In this document: positions 1-9,866 of the stretch, piece after piece
Position numbering within the stretch: the stretch's first letter is position 1
How the letters are laid out: every line of letters starts with the position of its first letter
NCBI GenBank assembly: GCA_965213925.1
Contig: OZ243927.1
Location: 3,744,001 to 3,808,000 of the forward strand
Length of the DNA stretch: 64,000 nucleotides
Source: Trueperaceae bacterium
GTDB taxonomy: Bacteria > Deinococcota > Deinococci > Deinococcales > Trueperaceae
Direction: 5' to 3'
The notes under the pieces: model-generated
The model's input: the letters and a program-made list of their open reading frames with translations, nothing else
Told to the model about the DNA's origin: nothing
The model's database searches: none
Made by a program: the position numbers and the translations under genes

Positions 1-1
1 G

Positions 2-856
2 ATGAAGTGGGGCGCGGCGCAGCGCGAGCAAGCGGCGGCGGGGCAGTTCGGGCTCTTCGGCGCGGAGGAGACGAAGCCGCCTACGCCGACGAAAGTTAAG
101 GAACATTCGAAATTAGAACTGCTCCGCTTCGAGAAAGAGGCGTTAGGGCTCTATATCTCAGATCACCCTATGAACTCCTACCCTGGTCTCACCGACGCCG
201 CGAACTGCACGGTTGCCAAGATTGACGCTTGCTACAAGGAGCTGATGAAACGCGCGAGCGACCCCCGCCAGCGCATTGCCCTAGCGGGCATCTTGCAAAA
301 CGTCGTCAAAAAACCGACTAAAAAGGGCACGATGATGGCGCGCTTCGAAATCGCTGACGAAACAGGCAGCCGCGAAGTGGTCGCCTTTAGCCGCACCTAT
401 GAAGAGATCGCGGACAAACTCCAAGAGGACGCGCCCGTGGTGCTCATCGTGGAGGTTTCGAAAGACCGGGACGGCGAATCGGTGCGTATCGTGGCAGATA
501 GGCTCATTCGCTGGGAGGAGCGCGGCGACTTGCCCGAGGTGGCGATTGCGAGCTTTGACCTCGGCGACGTGGACGAAACGCTCCTCACAGATTTTCGCTC
601 GCACGTGGACGAGTTCGCCGGGAGGACGCCGCTGCGCCTCAAAGTGAGGTCGCCAAGAGGCGTCGCTACGTACGCGACGGAGAATATCCGAGTGGATAAG
701 GAACGCCTCAAAGACCTAGAGCGCACCTGTCCGTGGCTCAAGACCACCGTGACCTTAGACCGAGACGGCTTGCTCCGTGCGCCTGTCAACCGTTACGGAA
801 GGGGTGTCAAGCAAGATGATGGGAACGGTTTCAAGTCGGTAGAGGTGCCGTTTTAA
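2..856 (+). CDS. dnaE: DNA polymerase III alpha subunit, C-terminal part (5'-truncated by the window edge)
   Basis: Motif 'LRFEKEALGLYISDHP' and OB-fold 'TKKGTMMARFEIADETGSREVVAF'. Confidence 0.95.
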   Translation: MKWGAAQREQAAAGQFGLFGAEETKPPTPTKVKEHSKLELLRFEKEALGLYISDHPMNSYPGLTDAANCTVAKIDACYKELMKRASDPRQRIALAGILQNVVKKPTKKGTMMARFEIADETGSREVVAFSRTYEEIADKLQEDAPVVLIVEVSKDRDGESVRIVADRLIRWEERGDLPEVAIASFDLGDVDETLLTDFRSHVDEFAGRTPLRLKVRSPRGVATYATENIRVDKERLKDLERTCPWLKTTVTLDRDGLLRAPVNRYGRGVKQDDGNGFKSVEVPF

Positions 857-880
857 GGTCGGACACGCCGTACTATAAGC

Positions 881-3800
881 TTACGCTTTTGTTGTAGAAG
901 TCTGCGGCAGAGGCGTCGCTTTCCGTCCGCCAGGTACTGGCTTCTGCTCGCCCGCTTTGGCGCGCTCCTCGCCATCTTCACCCCCTTCACCCTCAAAACG
1001 TCCCCGCTCGAACTGGTAGAAGGCAGCGGGCACGACGTAAAAGGTCAGGAGCGCGGAGCAAACCACGCCGCCTAAAATGACTAAACCGATCGGAAAGCGG
1101 AACTCGCTCCCCTCCCCTAAACCTAAGAGGAGCGGGATGCTGATGACTACAACCGTCATCGTCGTCATCATGATGGGGCGAAAGCGCAGGCTCGCCGCTT
1201 CTAAGAGGGCGTCTTGTAAAGGGGTATTGACGCCGGATTCTAAACGCTCCATCAACACTTCCAAAAGCAAAATCGCGTTTTTGACGACTAAGCCCACGAG
1301 CATCATGATGCCCAAAATCGTGATGACGTTAAACGATGTTCCTGTCAAAAAGAACACCCAGAACACGCCGACTAAAGCTAAGGGCACGGTGAGCTGCATG
1401 TAGAGCGGAAACCTAAACGAGTTGAACTGCGAGGCGATGACGAGGAAGTTTAAGAGCAGCGCGAGACCGAAGGCGATGGGCGCGTAGGTCAAGAGGTCGC
1501 CCAAGAGGTCTATGCCGCCACCGTCGTCGATGAAGACTTCGTCATCGACTAAATTCTGCGTTCTAAGTTGCGCCTCGATGTTTTGCTCAACCGTGAGCGT
1601 CGGCGGCGCGTTCGGTGCGGGGTCGGCGCTAAAGGTGACGGAGTAATTCTGGTTGGTGCGCCCGATGTTGGCGGGCGCGTCCTCGGTTTCGAAGGTGCCG
1701 AGCTGCCCGAGCGGGATTTCGGTTTGGAGCGCGGGCGCGTAGATGGGCAAGCTGAGAAGGGCTCCCTCGTCGCTCAGGAGGCTCGGCTCGGCGATGACCA
1801 AGATGTCGTACTCTTCGCCGCCATTACGGAGCGTGCCCGACTCCGCCCCGACGTTGTAGGTGCGCAGAGCGTCGTAGACCAGGCGGGTGTTGAGCCCCGT
1901 GCCGACTAGGGCGCTCTGGTCGATCATGAAGACGCGCTCGGACGTGGTTTCTGCAAAGCTCGAGGTCACGTTGCGCAAGTTGGAGCTGCCCTCTAAGAGC
2001 GTGCGCACCTCCTCTTCGCGCTCCTGTAGAGCGTCTAGGCTGCTCGAGGCGATGGTCAGCGCGAAGCTGTTGTCCGTCGCGCCGCCGCCCCCATTGGTGA
2101 GGTTGCCTGTCGAGACGCGCAGTTCGGCTTCGGGGTAGGGGGCGAGGGCTTCGCTGAGTACCCGTTCGACGTTGGGCAAGAGGTCGAAGCTCGAGCGGCG
2201 CTCGTCGTAGTTGATTAGGTCGAGTGAGAGTTCCGCGCGGGTCGGGTCAGTCTCACCCTGCTGCTCGCCCGAGCCTACCGTGACCCTGAGCGTCTCTAAG
2301 TAGGGTAAGCCGAGGACCGCCTGCTCCGCTCGCGCTGCAATAAAGTCGGTCTGGTCTAAGCTGGTGCCGCTCGGCAGCTCGACTTCGGCGGAGATGGTGC
2401 CGTTGTCCGCGTCCGGCGTGAACTGAAAGCCCAGGTTCGGCGCGACAAAGAACAGGCTCGCGACGAGCCCCACCGCGACGAGCAGCACCAGCCAGGGCGC
2501 TTTGAGTGCCCCTTTAAGCGAGCTGACGTAAGCGCTACGCAACCACTCGTTAAACCTGTCGCCGACTTCGTAAAGACTGCGGAAGATGGCTCCGAAGAAG
2601 TACAGGACGGCGCGCGCGAGGTAGATTAACAGCGGGACGAAGAGCGGCGCGAGCCAGAACGCCGCGCCCACGGCTGCCCAAACCGGACCCTGCGCGAAGA
2701 AGAGAATGCCGCCCGTGATGAGCGCCAAGAGGTAAATCCAGGGCTTTTTGTACCCGGACACGTACCAGCGGAAGTCCTTTTTAATCTTAGGTAGCGTATG
2801 CCCGAACTCCGACCAGGTTGGCGGCAGCGGGTCGCCCATGAGCGCCAGGCGCACCGTTAAGAAGAACATGGCGTCTAAGTACGAGATGATGATGGTTCCG
2901 GTCATCGTCAAGCCGAACTGCGCGAAAAACTGTCCGACGATACCCGGTAAGAACGAAATCGGGATGAAGACGGCGAGGAGTGATAAAGTTCCGGCTAAGA
3001 CCGCCGTCGTGACTTCGCCCGCGCCCTCCACAATCGCCTCGGTCTTCGAATACCCCTCTTTCCTGAGCCGGTCGATGTTCTCCGCGACGACGATGCCGTC
3101 GTCCACCACCAAGCCGATGGCGATGGTGATGGCTAAGAGCGAGATGATGTTGAAGGTGAAGCCCAGAAGCGTGATGGTGATGAACGCGCCCATGATGGCG
3201 ACGGGGATGGAGAAGACGACGGCGAACACCGTCCCTAATCGTCCGACAAACAAGAAGATGACTAAGGCGACGGCGAAGCTCGCGATGAAGACCTCTTGAA
3301 AGGTACTGTTGACCGTCGCTTCGGTGAAGGTGGTAGTGTCGTCAACGACCGTAGCGGTGTAGCCGTCGGGGAGGCGGATGGTCTCTAGCGTGTCCGCCAC
3401 CTCGTTCGCCGCCGCCACCGAGTTACTGCCCGAAGTTTTGCGCACCTCAACCAACACGACAGGTTCGCCGTCCACGCGGTTGTACGTTTCGATGTCGGCG
3501 GCGGTGTCGCGAATCGTGGCGACGTCGCTCACGCGCAGCCCCCGCGCCGTATCGACGAGGATGGCGTCGATTTCGGCAGCGGTGGCGGGCACGTTGCGCC
3601 CCGTTAAGGTGACGCGCTCGCTGTCAAACTCGAGCGTCCCAAACGCCAAGTCGAGCGCCGAGTTGTTGATGGCGTCGGACACGTCGCGCGGGCTCAGGTC
3701 GAAGCGCTCGAGCCTAGCCGGGTCGAGCATGACTTGAAACTCGCGCACCACAGGTCCGACGACGGCGACGTCCGCCACCCCGTCCACGCGCTGTAAAACG

Positions 3801-4291
3801 GGCTGCAAGGTATCTTCGACGTAGTCTTGCACTTCGCGCAGGTCCGCGCCGGGGCTGCCCACGGCGATGTTGACGATGGGCTGGTCCGCCGGGTCGAACT
3901 TGCGGATGTTGGGCGTCGTGGCGTCATCAGGCAGCTCGTTCAAGACCAAGTTGACGCGCTGGTTGACCTCGAAGGCGGCATCATTTTCGTCGATGCCTGC
4001 GCCAAAACTCACGGTGATGAGGCTCAAGCCTTCGAAGCTCTCCGAGGTGATCGAACTGATACCCGCAATCGTGTTGAGTTCGTCCTCGATGGGCTCCGTG
4101 ACCTGCTGCACGACCTCTCGTGAGCCTGCGCCCGGATAAGCGGTCGTCACGGCGATAGTGGCGGTGTCGATTTCGGGGAAGAGGTCGGTACCGACCGCCG
4201 TATACGCGATGACCCCGAAGAGCATCAGAGAGCCGAAGGCGCTTAATGTGAGTACCCAGCGGCGGACGAAAAAGTCGACGAGTCGCTTCAC
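881..4291 (-). CDS. RND efflux permease (AcrB/SwrC-like)
   Basis: 1136 aa with RND motifs 'GLVVDDGIVVAENI', 'GLVVKNAILL' and 'RFRPIMMT'; two periplasmic loops. Confidence 0.95.
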   Translation of the reverse strand: MKRLVDFFVRRWVLTLSAFGSLMLFGVIAYTAVGTDLFPEIDTATIAVTTAYPGAGSREVVQQVTEPIEDELNTIAGISSITSESFEGLSLITVSFGAGIDENDAAFEVNQRVNLVLNELPDDATTPNIRKFDPADQPIVNIAVGSPGADLREVQDYVEDTLQPVLQRVDGVADVAVVGPVVREFQVMLDPARLERFDLSPRDVSDAINNSALDLAFGTLEFDSERVTLTGRNVPATAAEIDAILVDTARGLRVSDVATIRDTAADIETYNRVDGEPVVLVEVRKTSGSNSVAAANEVADTLETIRLPDGYTATVVDDTTTFTEATVNSTFQEVFIASFAVALVIFLFVGRLGTVFAVVFSIPVAIMGAFITITLLGFTFNIISLLAITIAIGLVVDDGIVVAENIDRLRKEGYSKTEAIVEGAGEVTTAVLAGTLSLLAVFIPISFLPGIVGQFFAQFGLTMTGTIIISYLDAMFFLTVRLALMGDPLPPTWSEFGHTLPKIKKDFRWYVSGYKKPWIYLLALITGGILFFAQGPVWAAVGAAFWLAPLFVPLLIYLARAVLYFFGAIFRSLYEVGDRFNEWLRSAYVSSLKGALKAPWLVLLVAVGLVASLFFVAPNLGFQFTPDADNGTISAEVELPSGTSLDQTDFIAARAEQAVLGLPYLETLRVTVGSGEQQGETDPTRAELSLDLINYDERRSSFDLLPNVERVLSEALAPYPEAELRVSTGNLTNGGGGATDNSFALTIASSSLDALQEREEEVRTLLEGSSNLRNVTSSFAETTSERVFMIDQSALVGTGLNTRLVYDALRTYNVGAESGTLRNGGEEYDILVIAEPSLLSDEGALLSLPIYAPALQTEIPLGQLGTFETEDAPANIGRTNQNYSVTFSADPAPNAPPTLTVEQNIEAQLRTQNLVDDEVFIDDGGGIDLLGDLLTYAPIAFGLALLLNFLVIASQFNSFRFPLYMQLTVPLALVGVFWVFFLTGTSFNVITILGIMMLVGLVVKNAILLLEVLMERLESGVNTPLQDALLEAASLRFRPIMMTTMTVVVISIPLLLGLGEGSEFRFPIGLVILGGVVCSALLTFYVVPAAFYQFERGRFEGEGGEDGEERAKAGEQKPVPGGRKATPLPQTSTTKA

Positions 4292-5577
4292 GGGGTGCCT
4301 CCTTGTGTAGCTGCGTTGAGTGCGCTGGCAATTTCGCTGCTCTCAGCCGTCTGACCGACCGCTCGCACGGGCGTGCCCGCTCGCAAATCGGACGGGACGG
4401 GGTAAATCACCCTCGTCCCTGCCTCTAAGCCGCGCACCACGACGCGGTCACCCGACTCGCCGACGAGTTGGACGCTCTGCCGCTTCGCCGCGCCCTCTTC
4501 GATAACGAGGACGTAAGTTTGACCCGAGGCGGTGCGCAGGGCGTTCGACGGCACGGTGATACCTTCGCCCAAGTTGACCTCGTAGCGGAGCTGGGCGGTT
4601 GCGCCCGTCGGAATGCGCGTCTGCGCGTCGTAGAGCTTGGCGGTCATATTGACGAGCCCGGATTGGCTCGCCGTTTTCGAGGCGCGGACAATCTGCGCGG
4701 CGTAGCCCAGCCCCCGGTAGTAGACTTGCACCTCGCCGCGTAAGGCGAGTTCGGCGGCGTCTTCGGGTGTCACGCTAAAGCGGGCGAGTTGCGCGTCGGT
4801 GCTGACCAACCGAAAGGCGGGGTTGCCTGCTTGGGCGAATTCGCCCTCTTCTACTAACACATCGGCGACCTCGCCCGCAAAGGGCGCTTTGATGGTGGCG
4901 TCGGCGAAGCTCTGCTCAGCTTGGGCGAGGCTCGTTTGGGCTTGCTCTAACTGTAGCCGCTGCAGCTCCAAGTCTTCACCCGGCGCACGCTCCAACTGCG
5001 CTAGATTATGCTGCGCCTGCTGGTAGCTGGACTGCGCCCCCTCCAACTGCGCCTGAAATTGCGTAAGCTGCTTCTGCGAGATGCCGCCCGACTGAAAGAG
5101 CTGCTGACCTTCTTCGTAGTCTTGCTGCGCGAGCGTGAGGTTGGTCTCTGCGTTTTGCAGGGCGTTTCGCGCCTGCTTTACACCCTCTTGCGTCGAGTTT
5201 TGAGCGCTCGAGAGGTTCACCCTCGCCGTCTGCACGGCGGAGCGGGCGTTATCTACCTGAAGCTGAAGCTGCGCGGTGTCCAGTTGAATCACCGGGTCGC
5301 CCGCTTTCACCTCCGCGCCTTCACGCTTTAAGATTTTCGCGACCTTACCCGCAGCGTCGGCGGCGACTTGGCTTTCCTGGAAGGGGTCCACCGTCACGGC
5401 GGCGGTGCGGGTCGTGTTCAAGTTGCCCTCTTCCGCCTGGATCGTTCTGACCTGGCGGGCTCTGGGGGCTTGGTTAATTTGCTGGGCTGAACTGCGCTCA
5501 GCCTCGGAGGGACCACACGCTGCGAGCAGCGCCGCGAGCATGAGGAAACTGATGAGGGTTAGGGTTGGCTTATTCAT
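4288..5577 (-). CDS. RND periplasmic adaptor (MFP) lipoprotein
   Basis: Lipobox 'LAACG', lipoyl halves and a long coiled coil, 'IKAPFAGEV'; overlaps the RND start. Confidence 0.92.
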   Translation of the reverse strand: MNKPTLTLISFLMLAALLAACGPSEAERSSAQQINQAPRARQVRTIQAEEGNLNTTRTAAVTVDPFQESQVAADAAGKVAKILKREGAEVKAGDPVIQLDTAQLQLQVDNARSAVQTARVNLSSAQNSTQEGVKQARNALQNAETNLTLAQQDYEEGQQLFQSGGISQKQLTQFQAQLEGAQSSYQQAQHNLAQLERAPGEDLELQRLQLEQAQTSLAQAEQSFADATIKAPFAGEVADVLVEEGEFAQAGNPAFRLVSTDAQLARFSVTPEDAAELALRGEVQVYYRGLGYAAQIVRASKTASQSGLVNMTAKLYDAQTRIPTGATAQLRYEVNLGEGITVPSNALRTASGQTYVLVIEEGAAKRQSVQLVGESGDRVVVRGLEAGTRVIYPVPSDLRAGTPVRAVGQTAESSEIASALNAATQGGTP

Positions 5578-5699
5578 CTCTATCACCTCTTGCGCGGTGT
5601 CGCGCTGACCTTATGGGAATGGGAATATAGGAGGGCTCGAGCCTGCCCTTTATCACGGCTGTGACCTCACTCAGAAACTGCTCTAAAACACGTCTCAAT

Positions 5700-6905
5700 C
5701 TAGTCATTTTGGATGTTCTCCTCGAGGTTGACATTTGGGTTGGCATCGGGCGTATTTGGAGCGGCTCGAGAGGTCGTACCGGCTCGTTCACCAACCGCGT
5801 CCCACGCAACTTGCGCGTTTTCCTGAACGTTAGCGGCGGAACCCACGGACGCCTCTATCCGCGCGGCGGATGGGGCGTCTAAAGTGTCAGGTCCGGCGAG
5901 GTTCACAAAGGTGCCCGCTTGAAGGTTGAGTAAAGAGGTCAGGTAGCCGTAGCGGGCTCCTTGCGCCTCTAACTCGGCTTGCAGGTTAGAAAGCTCGGCT
6001 TGGCTCAGTTCAATCTGCGCAAGGAGCCCGCCTTCGAAGCGCTCCCTCTGAGTTTGCAGTCGCTCATTCGCGTTTTTGAGCGCTTCTTGCTCCACGCGGT
6101 AGGTTTCCTGGGCGCTCTCCGTCCCGTTAAAGAGGTTGCGTGCTTGGATACGGAAGCTGCGCTCTGTTTCTTGCAGTCCTTCCTGGGCGTTCACCACGCC
6201 CGTCTCGGCGCTGTCAATCTGCGAGCGCGAGGCGTAGGAGGGGTCTAAGAGGTCGAGATTGAGCCTCGCTAACTCGAGCCCCTGCTCCGCCTGCAACACG
6301 GTGGGGTGCTGTTCAGCCGCGTTCAAAACCCTCTCTAACTCGGGAATTTGGACGAGGTAATCGTCGGGGATGGGTTCTAAAGCGGACGCTCCAAATTCTT
6401 GATTCAGAATGCTCTCGAGATTGTTCAAAGCGACACCCAAGGTGTCTCTCGAGGCGCGGAAGTTATTTTCTGCTTCGTTAAATGAGGTTCGCGCCTCATC
6501 CAAGTCGAGCTGCGTGCCGCTGCCGTTAGAGAGGCGAATCTGCGCGATGTTGAGGGACGCCTCGCTGACCGACTGACCTTTCTGGGCGACCTCTAAGCCC
6601 TTCCTCGCCTGCAACACGTCGGTATAGGCGGACGCGACCTCTTGCACAGCGCTGTAGTAGGTCTGCTCAAAGGCGGTGCGAGCGAGCGCTAAGCGCTGCT
6701 CGGCTTGTAAGGTCTCGGCGCGCACCGCTAAAGGATCACCCTGGACGCGCTCTAAGTTCACCACCGCGTCGCGCAGCTCGGTGCGGGCGGTCACGACGGC
6801 GGTGCGTTCTGACACGGAGCCTAGCGCCTCCTCCAAGGTGAGCGCGTGCGCGGCGCTCAGTGTGAAGGCGAGAAGGACGAGAAATGTGCGGATAAAGGGC
6901 GTCAT
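5700..6905 (-). CDS. TolC-family outer membrane efflux protein
   Basis: Signal peptide, 'LTLEEAL', OEP repeat 'RFEGGLLAQIEL'; efflux operon context. Confidence 0.85.
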   Translation of the reverse strand: MTPFIRTFLVLLAFTLSAAHALTLEEALGSVSERTAVVTARTELRDAVVNLERVQGDPLAVRAETLQAEQRLALARTAFEQTYYSAVQEVASAYTDVLQARKGLEVAQKGQSVSEASLNIAQIRLSNGSGTQLDLDEARTSFNEAENNFRASRDTLGVALNNLESILNQEFGASALEPIPDDYLVQIPELERVLNAAEQHPTVLQAEQGLELARLNLDLLDPSYASRSQIDSAETGVVNAQEGLQETERSFRIQARNLFNGTESAQETYRVEQEALKNANERLQTQRERFEGGLLAQIELSQAELSNLQAELEAQGARYGYLTSLLNLQAGTFVNLAGPDTLDAPSAARIEASVGSAANVQENAQVAWDAVGERAGTTSRAAPNTPDANPNVNLEENIQND

Positions 6906-8338
6906 TGTAAAACCTCCGAAGGGGGTAGGGCGTAAAACTCATACGTGTCTAAGAGGGCTTGAAGGGCGCTGAAGCGGGCTTGGCTCAGCTCGGTGTCCTC
7001 TTCCAAGAGGTCCACTAAAGATTGCTGCGTCTCCAGAGGTGTGATCAGCCCGACCTCTTGGCGTTGCCTATTCTCCTCGAAGTCTTGTAGAGCGTTGCCA
7101 AACTGGATTTGCTCCAACGCCACCGTCCGCTCCGCTTCGTTAAGGGCGTTGAGGAGCGAGGCGTTTTGCACCTCGGCGTTTTCTCGGGAGGACTCGAGCC
7201 TCGCGCGCGCCGCCTCTCTTTGACGTTCAGCCGCGTCAATTTCATCGAAGACGCCGAACGAGATATTCGCGGAGACGCCGACTTGCAGAGAGCCGTTCAC
7301 CGCCGTCTCTGAACCCGCGCGCGCCGGGTCTCGATAGGTGTAGCCGACGCTCGGCTGTAGGTTGCGCGATTCGGTGGAGATGCTCACCGAACTCCTATCG
7401 TCCAAGTTGTAGCTGTACGACGCTTGCGCGACGGGGTAGAGGTCGCGCCGGGCACTCCCAACACCGATGCCGGCTTGCCCTAAAGAAATCTGCGAGCGCT
7501 GCACGGAGAGAGGTAAGCCCTCCGTCACGCGGGGCAGCGTGATGAGTGTGCTAATGTCCCCATCTGCCTGATTTTCCAAAACCTCGATGAAGTCCGCCAA
7601 GTCGAGATTTTGCAGGCTCAAGCGGGCTAACTCCAAGTTTGCTTGGGCGTTCCGCGAAAAGTTCTGTGCTTGTTGGAGGTTCGCCTGCGCGTCTCTCAGT
7701 TCGCGCTCGTTGGCCGCGCCTCGGTCGAAGCGGGTTTGGGTTGCCTCTAAAGCAGACTGCGCTGCCTCTAAAGTGTTCTCGGCTAACTGAACGGATTGCT
7801 GGGCGAGTTGAAACTGCAAGGCGGTTTCTAGGGCTTGGTTCTCGAGCCCCGTCACCGCCTCGCGAAAGTCCAAAACGGCGCTCTCCAGTGCCAACTCCTG
7901 CTGCCGCACCAGGTCGCGGACGTCGCCAAAGGGAAAGGGGCGAAAGGTCGCGTTGGCGGAGAGCTGGGTCGCGTTGGGTGCGCCCATGGGTTGTCCGCCC
8001 TCGTCCGGCTGCTCCTGCTGCTGAGGCTCGACCTGCGGAGCCGCCGAGGGGTCGGCGTCGGTATCGGTCGTGTTGTAGGTCCCCTGCACCTCTAACGAGG
8101 CGGGGTTATGCGCGGCGCGGAGCTGCGCTTCGGCGGCGTCTACGGCGGCTTGCGCGGCGACGTAGCGCGGGTTCTCACGCAGGATTTGCAGGAGAGACTC
8201 GAGTAATTCCTGTTGGTTTTGTATTTGGACTTGCGCTTCTGGTTCAGTCTCGGACTGCGCGTCTTGCGCGGAAGCGTACGCGAACATAGGCGCGAGCAGC
8301 GCGAAGCATAGGGTGAGTAGAATTTTAGGCGGCGTCAT
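6902..8338 (-). CDS. TolC-family outer membrane efflux protein (second copy)
   Basis: Signal peptide, 'ENPRYVAAQA', 'RFDRGAANERELRDAQ', 'GLITPLE'; ATGA overlap with the marR stop. Confidence 0.85.
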   Translation of the reverse strand: MTPPKILLTLCFALLAPMFAYASAQDAQSETEPEAQVQIQNQQELLESLLQILRENPRYVAAQAAVDAAEAQLRAAHNPASLEVQGTYNTTDTDADPSAAPQVEPQQQEQPDEGGQPMGAPNATQLSANATFRPFPFGDVRDLVRQQELALESAVLDFREAVTGLENQALETALQFQLAQQSVQLAENTLEAAQSALEATQTRFDRGAANERELRDAQANLQQAQNFSRNAQANLELARLSLQNLDLADFIEVLENQADGDISTLITLPRVTEGLPLSVQRSQISLGQAGIGVGSARRDLYPVAQASYSYNLDDRSSVSISTESRNLQPSVGYTYRDPARAGSETAVNGSLQVGVSANISFGVFDEIDAAERQREAARARLESSRENAEVQNASLLNALNEAERTVALEQIQFGNALQDFEENRQRQEVGLITPLETQQSLVDLLEEDTELSQARFSALQALLDTYEFYALPPSEVLQ

Positions 8339-8820
8339 GTGCTCTCCGAATTCGTGCTCAGTAAAACGGTGCAAACGCGGGTCAGGGCGTGTAACTCGTT
8401 TTCGCTCAGTGAGGTGAGCTTCTCTCCGTAGAGCGCGTGCAGCCTGGCGCTGAGTTGTTCTCTTAAAGCGTCGCCTCGCTCGGTTAGCCCCAAGCGGGTG
8501 CGGCGGTGGTCGTCGGGGTCGAGCCGCCTTGTCAAGAGGTCGCGCGCTTCTAGGTTGCGCAGCAGGATTGACACAGCGGGCGCAGACGTGCCGAGCGCGT
8601 CGGCTAGGTTTTTGGGATGCGGGTCTTTAGGATGAGGAGAGCCGCGTGCGAGGTAGTCGAGGGCGAACGCCTCGAGGGGTCTGAGTTCCAACGCCGAGAA
8701 GACCGCCTCAGCCTCGCGCTTAAAGCTCCACAAGAGGCGAAACGAGTGGGTTTGAAGGTGCGTTAGCATGGTCTCGCGTGATTCGGGGCGGACGTGGGGT
8801 CTTTCCAAAGTCTGGTTCAT
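8335..8820 (-). CDS. MarR-family transcriptional regulator
   Basis: wHTH 'LADALGTSAPAVSILLRNLEARDLL' and 'DPDDHRRTRLGLTERG'; first gene of the efflux operon. Confidence 0.92.
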   Translation of the reverse strand: MNQTLERPHVRPESRETMLTHLQTHSFRLLWSFKREAEAVFSALELRPLEAFALDYLARGSPHPKDPHPKNLADALGTSAPAVSILLRNLEARDLLTRRLDPDDHRRTRLGLTERGDALREQLSARLHALYGEKLTSLSENELHALTRVCTVLLSTNSEST

Positions 8821-8907
8821 ACTCTGGAGCATGACGGCGCTCGTTCAAGGGTTCTTTAGTGTTTCTTAAAGATTTTGTGAAGAGGAAATAATTACCTGAA
8901 ATGAAGC

Positions 8908-8941
8908 AAAAAAGAAGGCTGACCTTTCAATAAGGTCAGCC
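8908..8941 (-). terminator. Intrinsic terminator downstream of the 9095-9568 gene
   Basis: GGCTGACCTT/AAGGTCAGCC 10-bp stem, followed on the minus strand by TTCTTTTTT. Confidence 0.85.
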
Positions 8942-8968
8942 CGGAGGAGGGAGGAGCGGGGGTTGGGG

Positions 8969-9097
8969 AGTGCTTTGCAACATATCCTGAGATGAATTGT
9001 CGCAGGTCTCACCGCGTAGCGAGATTTCATCTCTGAATGTGCGTACTCACCGATGTTCTTTTCAGTGAGGTCGTTTGTGACCAGATGATACCTGCTA
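8969..9097 (-). repeat. MITE-like repeat family A, copy 1
   Basis: Minus strand begins TAGCAGGTATCATCTGGTCA and aligns along its length with 41079-41192; its TAG is the stop codon of the upstream gene. Confidence 0.85.
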
Positions 9098-9568
9098 GTT
9101 ACGCTGCGCCAACTGCACCGATACGTCTGGGCTAGTCCGCTCTAACTGCGCTAACATCTCGGGGTTGTCAGCGACCTCTTCTAACATCTCGCCCAAGGTC
9201 ATGGCGTCGTCGCGGTCTACGTCGTCAATATCTAGGTAGATGGAGTTCTTGCTCGAGCCGCCGGAGAACGTTTCGACGGTATAGACCTCGCCGTCAATCT
9301 CTATGGTGACGTACTTGACGGTTTCGTCGTCTTCACCTGTACCGACGAGTCTCTTGGCGACGGCTCCGTCGCCCATCTCCGCTGTGGCGAGCATGTTGCC
9401 GAACTCGGCGGGGTCGCCGTCATAGAGCGTGACGGTGGCGAAGTCGCTGGGGTTGCCGGGCGAGAAGACGAAATTTTGCACAGTGTCTTGTGCAGTGTTT
9501 TGTGCGGTGGCAACGCCTCCTACGAGAACGGCTCCAGCTAAGGTGAGGGCTAGGGTGGCTCTTCTCAT
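9095..9568 (-). CDS. Secreted hypothetical protein with a 'VTLYDGDP' motif
   Basis: Signal peptide MRRATLALTLAGAVLVGGVATAQ, RBS AAGGAAG; shares the motif with 61975-62703. Confidence 0.8.
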   Translation of the reverse strand: MRRATLALTLAGAVLVGGVATAQNTAQDTVQNFVFSPGNPSDFATVTLYDGDPAEFGNMLATAEMGDGAVAKRLVGTGEDDETVKYVTIEIDGEVYTVETFSGGSSKNSIYLDIDDVDRDDAMTLGEMLEEVADNPEMLAQLERTSPDVSVQLAQRN

Positions 9569-9667
9569 GATCTCTTCCTTTCTCAAGCGGCTCTATTTCA
9601 TTTCGTTCTGTACCGCTTGTTATGCTCTACATCATGCTCGCGCCGCAGCAAGAGACCGTTCAGAGAA

Positions 9668-9685
9668 GGTGAACGTTTGGTGAAC
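9668..9685. promoter_or_regulatory. Putative OmpR-family response regulator binding site
   Basis: Direct repeat GGTGAAC-N4-GGTGAAC (11-bp period) between divergent genes. Confidence 0.5.
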
Positions 9686-9866
9686 CTTGTGCTTCGTGCG
9701 AAACTTCGAGCGTTTACACCTCGCACACGGCGAAAGAAGAGGTTCGCGTGGCTGTAAAATCGGTTAAAAAGCCACTGATCTTTGCGAAATCTTGATACTT
9801 ACTGCCTAACTTCGCTCTATGAATGCACTGACGAAACCCCGAACGAAACCGCGTACAATGGGCGCT

